The notes: generated by a model not told the origin, from the sequence alone. A DNA stretch of 64,000 bases from an uncultured Ardenticatenaceae bacterium (GCA_964608255.1 CAZSOD010000005.1:3681-67680); one strand, 5' to 3'. Shown: positions 9,517 to 19,710, counted from the first letter of the stretch. Numbers and translations: made by a program.

Positions 9517-10209
9517 TCAGCCAGCGCTGCGGGCGCTGGCGATAAAGGCCCGGACCCGGGCTGCGTCCTTGCGCCCCGGCGCGGCCTCGACCCCGCTGGC
9601 GACATCGACCGCATAGGGACGGACGCGGGCAATGGCTTCGGCTACGTTGCCGGGCGTAAGGCCGCCAGCCAGCATCAGCCGCGGCACAGCGGCGGCCAGC
9701 GCTGCGGCCGCCGTCCAATCACCTGTCTCGCCCGAGCCGCCGTAGAGTTGGCCGTTGGGCGTATCAAGCAGCAGCGCTGGCCCGGCCGCCAGCGGCGCGG
9801 CAAAACGGGCGCCCAATTGCCGGACTTCATCATGCGCGCGCGGGCGAACGGCCTTGTAGGCGCGGCCGAAAAGTGGCGATTCCGCGCTCGTGACCACCGC
9901 CGCCTCTTCGTCACCGCTAAGCTGCGCCAGGTCGAGGTCGCAGCCGTCGAGGATCGCCGCGATAGCCGTGGCGGGTTCGTTGACGAATACACCGACAAAG
10001 CGCGGCGGATTGGCGTCCTCTCGCTGCGCGCGCGCCGTAGCGTCGTGGCGGAGACGCCGGACGATCTCCGCCGCTCTTTCCGGCGCGATGGACCGCGGGC
10101 TCGGCGGGTAGAAGATGAAGCCCAAATAGTCCGCGCCCGCGTCGAGAGCCAGCCGCGCATCTTCCAGCGCGGTGATGCCGCAAATCTTAACTCTGACCAT
10201 CGCTTCCAT
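9517..10209 (-). CDS. trpF: Phosphoribosylanthranilate isomerase
   Basis: VKICGIT, GFIFYPPSPR, VGVFVN, GGSGETGDW, LAGGLTPGNV, VDVASGVE. Confidence 0.95.
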   Translation of the reverse strand: MEAMVRVKICGITALEDARLALDAGADYLGFIFYPPSPRSIAPERAAEIVRRLRHDATARAQREDANPPRFVGVFVNEPATAIAAILDGCDLDLAQLSGDEEAAVVTSAESPLFGRAYKAVRPRAHDEVRQLGARFAAPLAAGPALLLDTPNGQLYGGSGETGDWTAAAALAAAVPRLMLAGGLTPGNVAEAIARVRPYAVDVASGVEAAPGRKDAARVRAFIASARSAG

Positions 10210-11977
10210 CCGGGAGGATCAGGCTGATTAGGCTGTGGCCACTCTTGGCAACCGGCTGCTGGTCGTCGGTCAAGAAGGTGAGGCGGCCGTTGTCACCGGC
10301 CACGGCCAACGGAATGCTGCGCGGCCCGTAATAGTCGCGGTAGGCGGCCAGATCGAACGACGGGCTGAGGCGCGTTGTCTTCACCGTCGCCCCGCTGTCG
10401 ATGGCCGTTGCTAAGAAGCTGTAGGTGACCTGGGGGCCGAAAAGCGTCCGCGCTTCATGGAAACCGGCGGGCGCGTTCTTGGCCGCGCCGGGCAAACGGT
10501 AGACCTCGGCGCGGGCGAAGACCTCGCCCGCCCGCAGGGCGGCGAGCGTGTTGACTTCGTCGTTGCCCGTTAGCGCCAGCACGCGGCCGATGCCGCTTAG
10601 ATCGAGTTCAGCCAGCGTCTCCTCACCCAGCGCGTTGCCGGTTTCGGCCTCCAGTCCGGACATACGGCCCTCGGCGACATTGCGATAGTTGCTGTCTACC
10701 AGCACGGTGCGATAGCCTAGCTTGCCCAGTTCCCTGGCGAGCTGGCGGGCGAAGGCGTGGGCGCCGATGATCAGCGCGCCTTGCGGGTCGCGCTCCGACA
10801 GCCCAAGGCGGCGGGCAACCGGGCCACTGGTCAGCCCGTAGAAAATGACCGTGCCGACAATGACCAGGAACACGGTCGGCGCCAGTAGTTCTGCGCCGGG
10901 AACGCGCAGTTCCGTCAGTTCAAAGGCAAAGACCGAAGCGACGGAGGCGGCGACAATGCCGCGCGGGGCCATCCAGGTCAGGAAGATACGTTCGGAACGG
11001 TCGAGGGGAGTGCGCCAGGTGGAGAGGAGAACGGCCGCCGGACGAGCCACGAGGATGAGCAGGGCCATGAACGCCGCTACGCTCCAGCCGATCGCCGACA
11101 GACTGGCCAGTTCGATCCGCCCGGCAAGCAGGATAAAGAGAACGCCAATGAGCAGGACCTGAAGGTTCTCCTTGAACTCGATAATGTGGCGCACCGGAAC
11201 CCAGGCTTGATTGGCCAGGGCAATGCCCATGACGGTGACGGTAAGCAGCCCGCCGTCGGGCGCGAGCAAGTCGCCCAGCATGAAGAAGCCCAGAACAAAG
11301 GCCAGCGTCACGCCGCTTTGCAGGTAGTCGGGGATGAGGTAGCGCCGCATGAGGAGGAGCAGAATGACCGCCCCAAGCAGGCCGAAAGCTAACCCGACGA
11401 GCAGACTGCTAAGCACACCGGCCAGTAGATAGCGCGACAGGCTATCGACTCCGCCGAGGGCGATGACCTCGAACACCAGCACAGCGATCACCGCGCCGAC
11501 CGGATCGATGAGGATTCCTTCCCACTTCAGGATGGCCCCGGCGCGCCCTTTGGGCCGTATCTGGCGCAGCAACGGCCCAACGACGGTAGGCCCGGTGACG
11601 ATCAAAATGGCTCCAATCAGGACGGCCAGCGACCAATCGAAGCCCAGTATGAGCCGCGCGCCGACGGAGGCGATGGCCCAGGTTGCCAGGGCGCCAATGC
11701 TGATCAGACGAAAAATGACGGGGCCGCCGGCGGGCAGTTCCTTGAGCTTGAGCGTCAGCCCGCCCTCAAACAGGATGATACCGACAGAGAGCGAGACCAG
11801 GGGAAACAGCGCCTCGCCCAGCAGTTCGTCCGGGTGGATGAGGCCGAGTACGGGACCGAGCAGGAAGCCGGCAAGGAGCAGTAGCAGGATGGACGGCAGG
11901 CGCAGGTGGTAGGCTAGAAGTTGCGCGCCAAGACCGAAGACGACGATGAGGGCAAGTTGAACGAGCGGTTCTGGCAA
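10187..11977 (-). CDS. CPA1-family cation:proton antiporter with C-terminal TrkA-N (RCK) domain
   Basis: ILFEGGL, VTGPTVV, WEGILIDPVG, MAPRGIVAA; C-terminal IIGAHAFA...GNAL Rossmann domain. Confidence 0.9.
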   Translation of the reverse strand: MPEPLVQLALIVVFGLGAQLLAYHLRLPSILLLLLAGFLLGPVLGLIHPDELLGEALFPLVSLSVGIILFEGGLTLKLKELPAGGPVIFRLISIGALATWAIASVGARLILGFDWSLAVLIGAILIVTGPTVVGPLLRQIRPKGRAGAILKWEGILIDPVGAVIAVLVFEVIALGGVDSLSRYLLAGVLSSLLVGLAFGLLGAVILLLLMRRYLIPDYLQSGVTLAFVLGFFMLGDLLAPDGGLLTVTVMGIALANQAWVPVRHIIEFKENLQVLLIGVLFILLAGRIELASLSAIGWSVAAFMALLILVARPAAVLLSTWRTPLDRSERIFLTWMAPRGIVAASVASVFAFELTELRVPGAELLAPTVFLVIVGTVIFYGLTSGPVARRLGLSERDPQGALIIGAHAFARQLARELGKLGYRTVLVDSNYRNVAEGRMSGLEAETGNALGEETLAELDLSGIGRVLALTGNDEVNTLAALRAGEVFARAEVYRLPGAAKNAPAGFHEARTLFGPQVTYSFLATAIDSGATVKTTRLSPSFDLAAYRDYYGPRSIPLAVAGDNGRLTFLTDDQQPVAKSGHSLISLILPDGSDGQS

Positions 11978-12000
11978 CGCGACCTCCTTGGCGTTGAGCT

Positions 12001-12903
12001 TCAGGCTGATGTGGCGCGGCTGAAGCGGTACTCGACGAAATCGGCCAACGGCTGGTAGCCGATGGCGGCGTAGATGTGATTGGCCGTAGGGTTGGCCTGG
12101 TCGGTGAAAAGCGTGCAGAACTGCCAGCCGCTGGCGAGCAGTAGTTGGCTAAGCTCGGCGACGAGTGCGCTAGCATAACCGTGGCGGCGTTCCGCGGGCG
12201 GCGTATACACCAGGTTAATGGCGACGCCGCGGGCCGTGGGCCGCGCGCGGGCGGCCATCGCCACCGGCCGCGCTGTTTCCTGACCCGTATCCCAGACAAA
12301 GAGGTCCTTGCGTGCCAACAGGCCGGCGACGATGATCTGCGCCGCGTCCCGGTCGCCCGCTTCCTGGGGCAGCGCCTCGATCTGAAAGGCCAGCAGCCAC
12401 TCAGCCAGTAGTTCACTTTCACGCACGGTCGCCGGGCGCAGGCGGCCGGGCGGGCCGGGCGGCGGGGCGATGACGGCCGTCAGCGCATGCAGATGCTGGC
12501 GAACGGCCAGCGCGTGTGGTTGGCCGGTAGCGGCCGTCCAGCGCTGGGCAAAGGCCGCAGCGAGCGCTGCCTCGGCGAATACGCCCGGGGGGCGCGTCTT
12601 GCTTGCCAGCAAGTCGTCGATGAGGGGCGCCAGGGCTGCATCGGCTGCCCCTGCCTCCCCGGCAAGCAGAAACTTATGCGCGGCTGAGGTCAGCCCGGCT
12701 AGCACGGGTCCGGCCGGGCCGCGCACAGTCACATAGAGGGGCGGCCGGCGACGGTGCGGTTGCGCCTCCACTCGCGCCTGCCGCTGCTGCGCCCGGGCCA
12801 CGCCCAGGATCATGCTGTGCAGTGCCTCCCGCGTCATCAGAAACGGCTCGGCCGCGGCCAGAAAGTCCGTGGCATCGGCGTAGCGGGTGACGGTGAAAGG
12901 CAT
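12001..12903 (-). CDS. GNAT-family N-acetyltransferase
   Basis: VYTPPAERRHGYASALV, LFTDQANPTANHIYAAIGY. Confidence 0.88.
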   Translation of the reverse strand: MPFTVTRYADATDFLAAAEPFLMTREALHSMILGVARAQQRQARVEAQPHRRRPPLYVTVRGPAGPVLAGLTSAAHKFLLAGEAGAADAALAPLIDDLLASKTRPPGVFAEAALAAAFAQRWTAATGQPHALAVRQHLHALTAVIAPPPGPPGRLRPATVRESELLAEWLLAFQIEALPQEAGDRDAAQIIVAGLLARKDLFVWDTGQETARPVAMAARARPTARGVAINLVYTPPAERRHGYASALVAELSQLLLASGWQFCTLFTDQANPTANHIYAAIGYQPLADFVEYRFSRATSA

Positions 12904-12910
12904 GGGGAGA

Positions 12911-12942
12911 AATTACGAATTACGAATTACGAATAACGAATA
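12911..12942 (+). repeat. Heptamer tandem repeat (AATTACG)x4.5
   Basis: AATTACG AATTACG AATTACG AATAACG AATA, AT-rich in an intergenic gap. Confidence 0.9.
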
Positions 12943-12979
12943 GAGAAGTCGGGTCTGGCCTCATCGTTCGCGTCTGTTC

Positions 12980-13606
12980 TCAAGCTCTTGCCTTAGGGTA
13001 AATGGCGTAGGTGCCGACCCACTCGGCCTGGTCGAGGACGTGGCCGCGCATGGCCAGCAGCGCGTCGGCCCCGTCGAATGTTCCCGACAGACCGAGCGTT
13101 GCCAGGTCCAGCGCATAGAGCGTGAAGTGGTAATGGTGGACGCGTTCGTCGTTCCAGGGTGGGAAGGGGCCGTCGTAGCCGCCGTAGTCGCCCTCCATGT
13201 TTTCATCACCGGCAAACCAGCTCGTATAGCTGTTCACGCCGCGCCGTCCGTAGGGCGTCGGGCCAACGTCCTTGCCCCGCGGCGTCACGCCTTCGCAGTC
13301 ACAGCCGGCCGGCAATTCATTCACATCGGCGGGGATGTCAATCAGAACCCAGTGGTAGAAGTCGGCCCGCGTCAGGTCATAGGGGATGGTGCGGTCGGGC
13401 TGGTTGGCGTCGTTGCGGACCGAGGGCGCGTCGCGGTCGGTGCAGATAAGGGCAAACGACTTCGTGTCCGCCGGCGCGCCGGACCATATGAGATGAGGGC
13501 TGCGATTGGGGCCAAAAGCGGCCGGGCCCTCGGTTCCCGGAACGCCCATCGCGAATTCGGCCGGGATGGGCGCGCCATTCTCGAATGACAGAACCGTGAG
13601 ATTCAT
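12980..13606 (-). CDS. YbhB/YbcL (PEBP/Raf-kinase-inhibitor-like) protein
   Basis: SPHLIWSGAP, FALICTDRDAP, FYHWV, YDGPFPP..HHYHFTLYALD; start set at MNLTV after GGAG. Confidence 0.9.
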   Translation of the reverse strand: MNLTVLSFENGAPIPAEFAMGVPGTEGPAAFGPNRSPHLIWSGAPADTKSFALICTDRDAPSVRNDANQPDRTIPYDLTRADFYHWVLIDIPADVNELPAGCDCEGVTPRGKDVGPTPYGRRGVNSYTSWFAGDENMEGDYGGYDGPFPPWNDERVHHYHFTLYALDLATLGLSGTFDGADALLAMRGHVLDQAEWVGTYAIYPKARA

Positions 13607-13658
13607 GGTCTTCTCCTGACTCTGGTGTGGGTGTGGGCACTTGGCCCCCATTTTGCCG

Positions 13659-14543
13659 TTATTGGCGGTCGTTGACAAGCGCCGGCAAGCGAACGCCTGT
13701 CAGCTCTTCGCTGACCGCCCACAGCCGCGCCGCCGCCGACCGATCCTGGCTGGCGGCGGACGACTGGACCGGCTTGCAGTCCACAAAATACCGGCCGCTG
13801 ACGCCGCTGACTGCTGGCGAAAGGGCCAGGTAGATGCTCGTTTGCGCGCCCTCTTCGGCCGTTTTGGCGAAGCGGGGTACGAGATGACTCATGGCCCAGC
13901 CCACGACGCCGCTGTTATTGCGGCCGAAATTGGTGGCCACAAAGCCAGGGTGGAGGGCGTTCACGGTCACGTCGGCCGCGCCGCGGCGGCGGTCCAGCTC
14001 ATAGGTGAAAAGCAAATTGGCGAGCTTTGTGTTGGCGTAGACACCAAAACCGGAGAACCGGCGCGCGCTTTGCAAATCATCAAAGTCGATCCGGCCACGC
14101 CGGTGGGCGTCGGACGAGACGTTGACGACCCGAGCCGGCCCGCCGGCCAGCAGGCAGTCCCATAGCAGGAGTGTCGTCATGAAGTAGCCGAGATGATTGA
14201 CGGCGAACATCATCTCCAGCCCGTCGGCCGTTTCCCTGCGTTGCGTCATATAGACGCCGGCGTTGTTGACGAGTACGTTCAGATGATCGTAACGGGACTT
14301 AAAGGTGTCGGCCATCGCTCGGATTGAGGCCGGATCGGCGAAATCGGCCAGTAGAAGATCAACGCTTGAGTTTGCGGCGATGGCGGCGACCTCGGCCCGC
14401 GTCGCCTCGCCGCGCTCCCGGTCGCGAGCGACGAGGATAACCGTGGCGCCCTGCTTCGCCAGCTCCAGCGCCGTTTGCTTGCCAATACCGGCGGTCGCGC
14501 CGGTTACCATCATGATCTGGGCTGCCATCATTGCTCCTTCCAT
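13659..14543 (-). CDS. Short-chain dehydrogenase/reductase (retinol-DH-like)
   Basis: TGATAGIG, NNAG, VNHLGYF, YANTK, LHPGFVAT. Confidence 0.92.
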   Translation of the reverse strand: MEGAMMAAQIMMVTGATAGIGKQTALELAKQGATVILVARDRERGEATRAEVAAIAANSSVDLLLADFADPASIRAMADTFKSRYDHLNVLVNNAGVYMTQRRETADGLEMMFAVNHLGYFMTTLLLWDCLLAGGPARVVNVSSDAHRRGRIDFDDLQSARRFSGFGVYANTKLANLLFTYELDRRRGAADVTVNALHPGFVATNFGRNNSGVVGWAMSHLVPRFAKTAEEGAQTSIYLALSPAVSGVSGRYFVDCKPVQSSAASQDRSAAARLWAVSEELTGVRLPALVNDRQ

Positions 14544-14559
14544 GTCGATGATCGAAGTT

Positions 14560-15423
14560 TTAGCAAATTCCGCGGCCGAGCGCAGCGGCTACTGCGGCCA
14601 TCTGGCTCTTGAAAGCGGCCAACTCGCCAACTGCCAGCGCCTGATCGCCGTCGGACCAGGCCTCGGCCGGGTGGGGGTGGAACTCGACCAGCAGCCCGTC
14701 GGCTCCGGCGGCGACTGATGCCCGCGCGGCGGCCGGCACCAGATCGGCCCGGCCCGTGGCGTGGCTGGGGTCGGCGACGATAGGGTAGGGCGTGGTCTGC
14801 TTGATGAGGGCGATTGCGTTGGCGTCGAGCGTGTTGCGCGTCGCCGTTTCGAAGGTGCGGATGCCGCGCTCGCAGAGGATAATGCGCTCATTGCCCCGGC
14901 TGCTGATATGATCGGCCGCCTTCAGCCACTCGTCGATCGTTGACATAAAGCCCCGCTTCAAGAGCACGGGCATCTCCGTCTCGCCGGCCGCCCAAAGCAG
15001 CGGATAGTGCTGCATATTACGGCTGCCAATTTGCAACACGTCGGCGTACTCGACTACCAGCGGCAAATGCTCCACGCCAAGCACTTCGGTGATGACCAGC
15101 AAGTTGAACTCGTCGGCGACGGCGCGCAAGATTTCGAGGCCCTCGTGGCCCAACCCCTGAAAGCTATACGGCGAGGTGCGCGGTTTAAACGCTCCGCCGC
15201 GCAAGACGCGGCCGCCCGCACGCGCCACCTCGGCGGCTACTGCGCGGGTCTGCTCATAGGTCTCGACCGAGCAAGGGCCGGCCATCAAGACGACGTCGCG
15301 CCCGCCCACAGCCACATCCGGCGCAAGCAGGACGGGCTGCGTGCTGGACGGGAACACATTAGCTACCTCCCGGTCGATCTCCTGGATCCTATCTTGTTTC
15401 ATCATGCTACTACCTGAAGCCAT
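14560..15423 (-). CDS. aroF: 3-deoxy-7-phosphoheptulonate (DAHP) synthase, class I-beta, catalytic barrel only
   Basis: [52 protein letters not shown]; true start may be 15405. Confidence 0.92.
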   Translation of the reverse strand: MASGSSMMKQDRIQEIDREVANVFPSSTQPVLLAPDVAVGGRDVVLMAGPCSVETYEQTRAVAAEVARAGGRVLRGGAFKPRTSPYSFQGLGHEGLEILRAVADEFNLLVITEVLGVEHLPLVVEYADVLQIGSRNMQHYPLLWAAGETEMPVLLKRGFMSTIDEWLKAADHISSRGNERIILCERGIRTFETATRNTLDANAIALIKQTTPYPIVADPSHATGRADLVPAAARASVAAGADGLLVEFHPHPAEAWSDGDQALAVGELAAFKSQMAAVAAALGRGIC

Positions 15424-15446
15424 TACTCTTTGCTATAACCCAATTC

Positions 15447-16385
15447 ATGACCGCAACGACCGCGACTTCCGGCCGCCTGTCTATCTGGCTCAACGCCATG
15501 CGCCCGCGCACATTGCCGCTAGCCCTGGCGTGCATTATCGTGGGCACGGCGCTGGCCGTGGCTCGCGGCGCTTTCGATTGGCTTGTGGCGCTCTTTTGCG
15601 TCATCACCGCCATCGTGCTGCAAATCCTTTCCAACCTGGCGAACGATTATGGCGACTCGCTTCACGGAGCCGACCACGTTGAGCGCCAGGGGCCGAAGCG
15701 CGCTGTCCAAAGCGGCCAGGTGACGCCAGCGGCAATGCGCCGCGCTATCGTCGTGGCCGCCTTGTTGGCGGTTGCGTCCGGGTTGCTGTTGTTATGGTTC
15801 GCCTTTGGCCGAGAGGCCTTCTCTTCGACCCTGCTGTTTATCGTACTTGGCGGCGCGGCCATCGGCGCGGCCATCACCTATACCGCCGGCAAGATGCCCT
15901 ATGGCTACGCCGGGCTAGGCGACGTGGCCGTGCTGGTCTTTTTTGGCTGGGTCGGTGTCCTGGGCAGCTACTTTGTCCAGACCAGTCGCTGGGACTGGCT
16001 GGCGCTGCTGCCCGCTACAGCTTGCGGTCTTCTGGCCGTGGCCGTCCTGAATGTTAACAACATCCGGGACATGGAATCCGACCGCACAGCGGGCAAGCGG
16101 TCCGTGCCCGTGCGGCTGGGTCTGGTCCGCGCGCGCGTCTACCACTGGCTGCTGCTGGGCCTTGCACTCCTCTGCGCCACGGCCTACGTGTTGTTAACCT
16201 TTGCCTCGTTGTGGCAATTCCTCTACGTTCTTGCCACGCCGCTGCTGGCCCGCAACGGCCTGGCCATTAACCGGACGCCGCCGCCCGAACTGCCGGCACT
16301 CAACCCTTGGCTGAAGCAAATGTCGCTGGCCGCCCTGGCCTTCGCTGTTCTGTTCGGTCTCGGGCAACTCCTGGCGACACTCTAA
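15447..16385 (+). CDS. menA: 1,4-dihydroxy-2-naphthoate prenyltransferase
   Basis: RPRTLP, QILSNLANDYGD, YTAG..PYGYAGLGD, LNVNNIRDMESD..AGKR. Confidence 0.95.
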   Translation: MTATTATSGRLSIWLNAMRPRTLPLALACIIVGTALAVARGAFDWLVALFCVITAIVLQILSNLANDYGDSLHGADHVERQGPKRAVQSGQVTPAAMRRAIVVAALLAVASGLLLLWFAFGREAFSSTLLFIVLGGAAIGAAITYTAGKMPYGYAGLGDVAVLVFFGWVGVLGSYFVQTSRWDWLALLPATACGLLAVAVLNVNNIRDMESDRTAGKRSVPVRLGLVRARVYHWLLLGLALLCATAYVLLTFASLWQFLYVLATPLLARNGLAINRTPPPELPALNPWLKQMSLAALAFAVLFGLGQLLATL

Positions 16386-17287
16386 CGCCATGCGTCCTCT
16401 GCTCGGCCGGGTTTGGCCAATTGACCGGGCTCTTGACCGGGTGTCCTGAAATCAGCCAAACCGGTCGTTAGCGCCTGTTCGGCCTCCAGGAAACCGCCCA
16501 CGGCCGCGCTAAACCACGCCGGCCGCTCCAGGTGAACCGCATGGCCCGCATCCGGGGCAACCGCCAGCCGCCCATCCGGTAGAGCCGCGGCCATCCGCCG
16601 GTTGATGGCGACGAACTTCTCGTCCAGCTCCCCGACCACCAGCAGCGCCGGCCGCGCCAGCTCAGGAAGCCGCGGCCACAGCGGCGGCTGGACGCCCGTA
16701 CCCATGCCGCGCAAGCTATTAGCCAGCCCCTGCGCATTGTTGTCCAGGCGCTGCGCGCGTTGCGCGGCGCGGGTCGCCTCGGGCAGGCGGGCCTGGCTGG
16801 CGAAGAGCGGCAGCGACTCCCAGTAGTTGACAAATGCGGCGACGCCCTGGCGCTCGATGCGCGCGGCCAGCGCCTCGTCCTCCGCCACACGCGCTTCCCG
16901 CTCAAGCGTTCCCGTCAGCCCGGGTGAGGCGCTTTCCAGGACGAGCCGGCGGACCAGATGCGGGTATTCAATGGCGCAATAGAGCGCGAGCCGGCCGCCC
17001 ATCGAGTAGCCGAGCCAGTCGGCGGGCGCGGCATCGCGTTCGACGAGCAGCGCGGCCAAGTCAGCGGCCACGCGCTCCATACGGTAGCGGGTTGCGTCCC
17101 GCGGCGCGTCGCTGCGGCCGTGGCCCGGCAGGTCAATGGCGATAAGGCGGTGACGATCGGCCAGCCGGCGGGCCAGCGGTTGCCAGCCGTCAGCGGAGCC
17201 GGTGAAGCCGTGGAGCAGGATGAGCGGCGCGCCGCGCCCCGTCTCTGTCACGGCGTAGCGCAGCCCGTTTTTCGTGTAGCGTGTCAT
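16382..17287 (-). CDS. menH: SHCHC synthase (alpha/beta hydrolase)
   Basis: LHGFTGS, DLPGHG, GYSMGGR, LESASPGL, WESLPLFASQ, GHAVHLE; start overlaps the menE stop (ATGA). Confidence 0.92.
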   Translation of the reverse strand: MTRYTKNGLRYAVTETGRGAPLILLHGFTGSADGWQPLARRLADRHRLIAIDLPGHGRSDAPRDATRYRMERVAADLAALLVERDAAPADWLGYSMGGRLALYCAIEYPHLVRRLVLESASPGLTGTLEREARVAEDEALAARIERQGVAAFVNYWESLPLFASQARLPEATRAAQRAQRLDNNAQGLANSLRGMGTGVQPPLWPRLPELARPALLVVGELDEKFVAINRRMAAALPDGRLAVAPDAGHAVHLERPAWFSAAVGGFLEAEQALTTGLADFRTPGQEPGQLAKPGRAEDAWR

Positions 17288-18795
17288 ACGCTTGCCTCTT
17301 GCGCCAGCAGTTGTTCGATCACCGCGCGGCGCTGCACCTTGCCCGAAGCCGTCTGGGGCAGAACGTCGGCGAAGAAGATGCGTCGCGGCCGTTTGTAGCC
17401 GGCCAGCCGGGCGCGGCAATGATCGATCAACTCCTCAGCCGTCGCCGCTCCGAGGTCAGTCAGGACAACTACGGCGGCGACCTGCTGACCCCAATCAGGA
17501 TGGGGCAGGCCGACAACGCAAGCCAGCGCCACCGCCGGATGCGCGCGCAGCACGCGCTCCACCTCGGCCGGGTAAACGTTCTCGCCACCGGAAACGATCA
17601 GGTCGCTGCGACGGTCCAGTATCCACAAGTCCCCGTCGTCGTCGACGTAGCCGAGATCGCCAGTCAGAAGCCAATCATTTCGTATAGCAATGCGTGTAGC
17701 CGCGTCGTCACGATAGTACCCGGCCATAATCGTGGGGCCGGTTACGGCGATCTCACCCGGCGCGCGAGCCGGGAGCGGCGCGCCGGAATCATCAAGAATG
17801 CGTATCTGCGTGAACAGCAACGGCCGGCCAGCGCTGCCCGGCTTGTCCCGCGCGCCCTCAGGCGGCAGCGTCGCCACCTGAGAAGCGGCCTCGGTCAGCC
17901 CATAGGTGGTTGCCACCGGAACGCCCGCTTCGGCGGCTTCTTGCAGTAGCGCGGGAGCGGCCGCTGCCCCGCCCAGCAGGACGAGGCGCAGCGCGGGCGA
18001 ATCCGCCCCCCGCCAGCCGTCGCGCAGCAGCCGATTCAGCATGGTGGGCACAAGCGAAACTACGGTGACGCCCTCTCCGCGCAGGCTCTCGCGGACGGCG
18101 GTCACGTCGAAACCGTTGTGGAGAACGACCGTCGTTCCGTAGAGGCAGGAACGGAACAGCACCGCCAGGCCGCCGACATGGTAGAGGGGCAGACAGGCCA
18201 GCCAGCGGTCGCCGGGCTGGACGCCGAGGCGGAAGGCCGAGGCGGCAGCGCTCCAAAAGTGGTTAGCGAAGCGGATCATCGCTCCTTTAGGGCGCCCTGT
18301 TGTACCGGAGGTGAAGACGATGGCTTGCGTGGCGTCAAAGGGCGGCGGCGCTTCCCGCTCCGGCGATAGCGGCTGGCAGTCGTTCAGCCACCCCGCCAAC
18401 TCGGCCGCGCCGCCGGGCAGGCTATGGGCGGGCACCGCCACCGTGACCCGATTCGCCAGCGTCTCGTCGGCCAGCAGGCGCGTGGCGTCAGCCCGCTCAA
18501 CTTGCCAGGCGATCTCCTCCGCCGTCAGTCGCGTGTTGAGCGGCACGAGGACCGCGCCCAGCCGGACAAGGGCAAACACGCTGAGGACGGCGGTCAGTGA
18601 GTTGGGCAGCAGCGTGGCTACATGGTCGCCCGGTCGCACGCCCACGCCAGCCAGATAACCGGCGAAGCGCGACGCCAGAGAGTCAAGCTCGCCGAAGCGC
18701 CAAGGGCGGCTGTCAATCAACAGCGCCAATCCTTCCGGCGACGCCATTGCCCGCGCCCGCAACCAATCTGTCGTCACTTGAAACGTGTCCATCAT
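17284..18795 (-). CDS. menE: o-succinylbenzoate--CoA ligase
   Basis: FTSGTTGRPKG, LPLYHVGGL, TYGLTEAASQ, TGDLG, SGGENVYP; men operon context. Confidence 0.93.
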   Translation of the reverse strand: MMDTFQVTTDWLRARAMASPEGLALLIDSRPWRFGELDSLASRFAGYLAGVGVRPGDHVATLLPNSLTAVLSVFALVRLGAVLVPLNTRLTAEEIAWQVERADATRLLADETLANRVTVAVPAHSLPGGAAELAGWLNDCQPLSPEREAPPPFDATQAIVFTSGTTGRPKGAMIRFANHFWSAAASAFRLGVQPGDRWLACLPLYHVGGLAVLFRSCLYGTTVVLHNGFDVTAVRESLRGEGVTVVSLVPTMLNRLLRDGWRGADSPALRLVLLGGAAAAPALLQEAAEAGVPVATTYGLTEAASQVATLPPEGARDKPGSAGRPLLFTQIRILDDSGAPLPARAPGEIAVTGPTIMAGYYRDDAATRIAIRNDWLLTGDLGYVDDDGDLWILDRRSDLIVSGGENVYPAEVERVLRAHPAVALACVVGLPHPDWGQQVAAVVVLTDLGAATAEELIDHCRARLAGYKRPRRIFFADVLPQTASGKVQRRAVIEQLLAQEASV

Positions 18796-18812
18796 AAAAG
18801 CGGAAAATAAGA

Positions 18813-18871
18813 AACCACAGATTTCACAGATTGCACCGAGGCTGCACGCGCAATGTGTTTCATCTGTGGTT
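18813..18871. repeat. Small palindromic element with 9-bp subrepeats (CACAGATTT) between menB and menE
   Basis: AACCACAGATTTCACAGATTGC ... GCAATGTGTTTCATCTGTGGTT: 22-bp arms, 18/22 complementary, outer 10 bp perfect. Confidence 0.8.
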
Positions 18872-18879
18872 GCTTTCTC

Positions 18880-19710
18880 TCACGGCCGCCAGGGGTACTT
18901 GCGGAACTCCGGCGTGCGCCGGGCAACAAAGGCCTCTTTGCCTTCCTTGCCCTCCTCGGTCATGTAATAGAGCATCGTCGCATCCCCGGCGAAAACCTGC
19001 AGGCCGGTCTGGCCGTCGAGCGCCGCGTTCATCGCTCCCTTCAGGAATCGAATGGCGATCGGGCTCTTAGCGAGAATCTCCTGCGCCCAGGCGACGCCCT
19101 CATCTTCGAGTTGCGCCAGCGGGACGACCTTGTTGACCAGCCCCATGTCCAGAGCCTCGGCCGCGTTGTATTGGCGGCAGAGATACCAGATCTCGCGCGC
19201 CTTCTTCTGGCCGACGATACTGGCCAGATAGCTTGATCCGAAGCCGCCGTCAAAGCTGCCGACCTTGGGGCCAGTCTGGCCGAAAATGGCGTTGTCGGCG
19301 GCGATGGTGAGGTCGCAGAGGACGTGCAGGACGTGGCCGCCGCCGACGGCGTAGCCCGCGACGAGGGCAATAACCGGTTTGGGCATGGTGCGGATAATGC
19401 GCTGTAACTCCAGCACATTGAGCCGGGCGACGCCGTCGTCGCCGATGTAGCCCGCATGGCCGCGCACGCGCTGGTCGCCGCCGGAGCAGAAGGCGTATTT
19501 GCCGTCTTTGGCCGGGCCGTTGCCGGTCAGCAAGACGACGCCGATCTGCTGATCCATCCACACGTGGCGGAAAGCGTCGATCATTTCGTCGATCGTCCGC
19601 GGCGTGAAAGCGTTGCGGGAATCGGGCCGGTTGAAGGCGATCCGCGCCATCCCGTCGGCCTTGTGGTAAGTGATCTCGCTATATTCCTTTACGGTTTGCC
19701 AATCAGTCAT
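18880..19710 (-). CDS. menB: 1,4-dihydroxy-2-naphthoyl-CoA synthase
   Basis: [45 protein letters not shown]. Confidence 0.97.
   Translation of the reverse strand: MTDWQTVKEYSEITYHKADGMARIAFNRPDSRNAFTPRTIDEMIDAFRHVWMDQQIGVVLLTGNGPAKDGKYAFCSGGDQRVRGHAGYIGDDGVARLNVLELQRIIRTMPKPVIALVAGYAVGGGHVLHVLCDLTIAADNAIFGQTGPKVGSFDGGFGSSYLASIVGQKKAREIWYLCRQYNAAEALDMGLVNKVVPLAQLEDEGVAWAQEILAKSPIAIRFLKGAMNAALDGQTGLQVFAGDATMLYYMTEEGKEGKEAFVARRTPEFRKYPWRP

Noticed and set aside
9517-10209. Orphan trpF outside a trp operon
   Set aside because: Dispersed trp genes are common and the motifs are canonical
12911-12942. Tandem repeats as a CRISPR array
   Set aside because: Units are 7 bp with no spacers; no 25-40 bp repeat-spacer pattern or cas gene was seen in the window
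16382-16490. menH C-terminal extension with partial inverted repeats (CCGGGTTTGGC/GCCAAACCGG)
   Set aside because: Weak; compatible with stop-codon drift into a terminator between convergent genes
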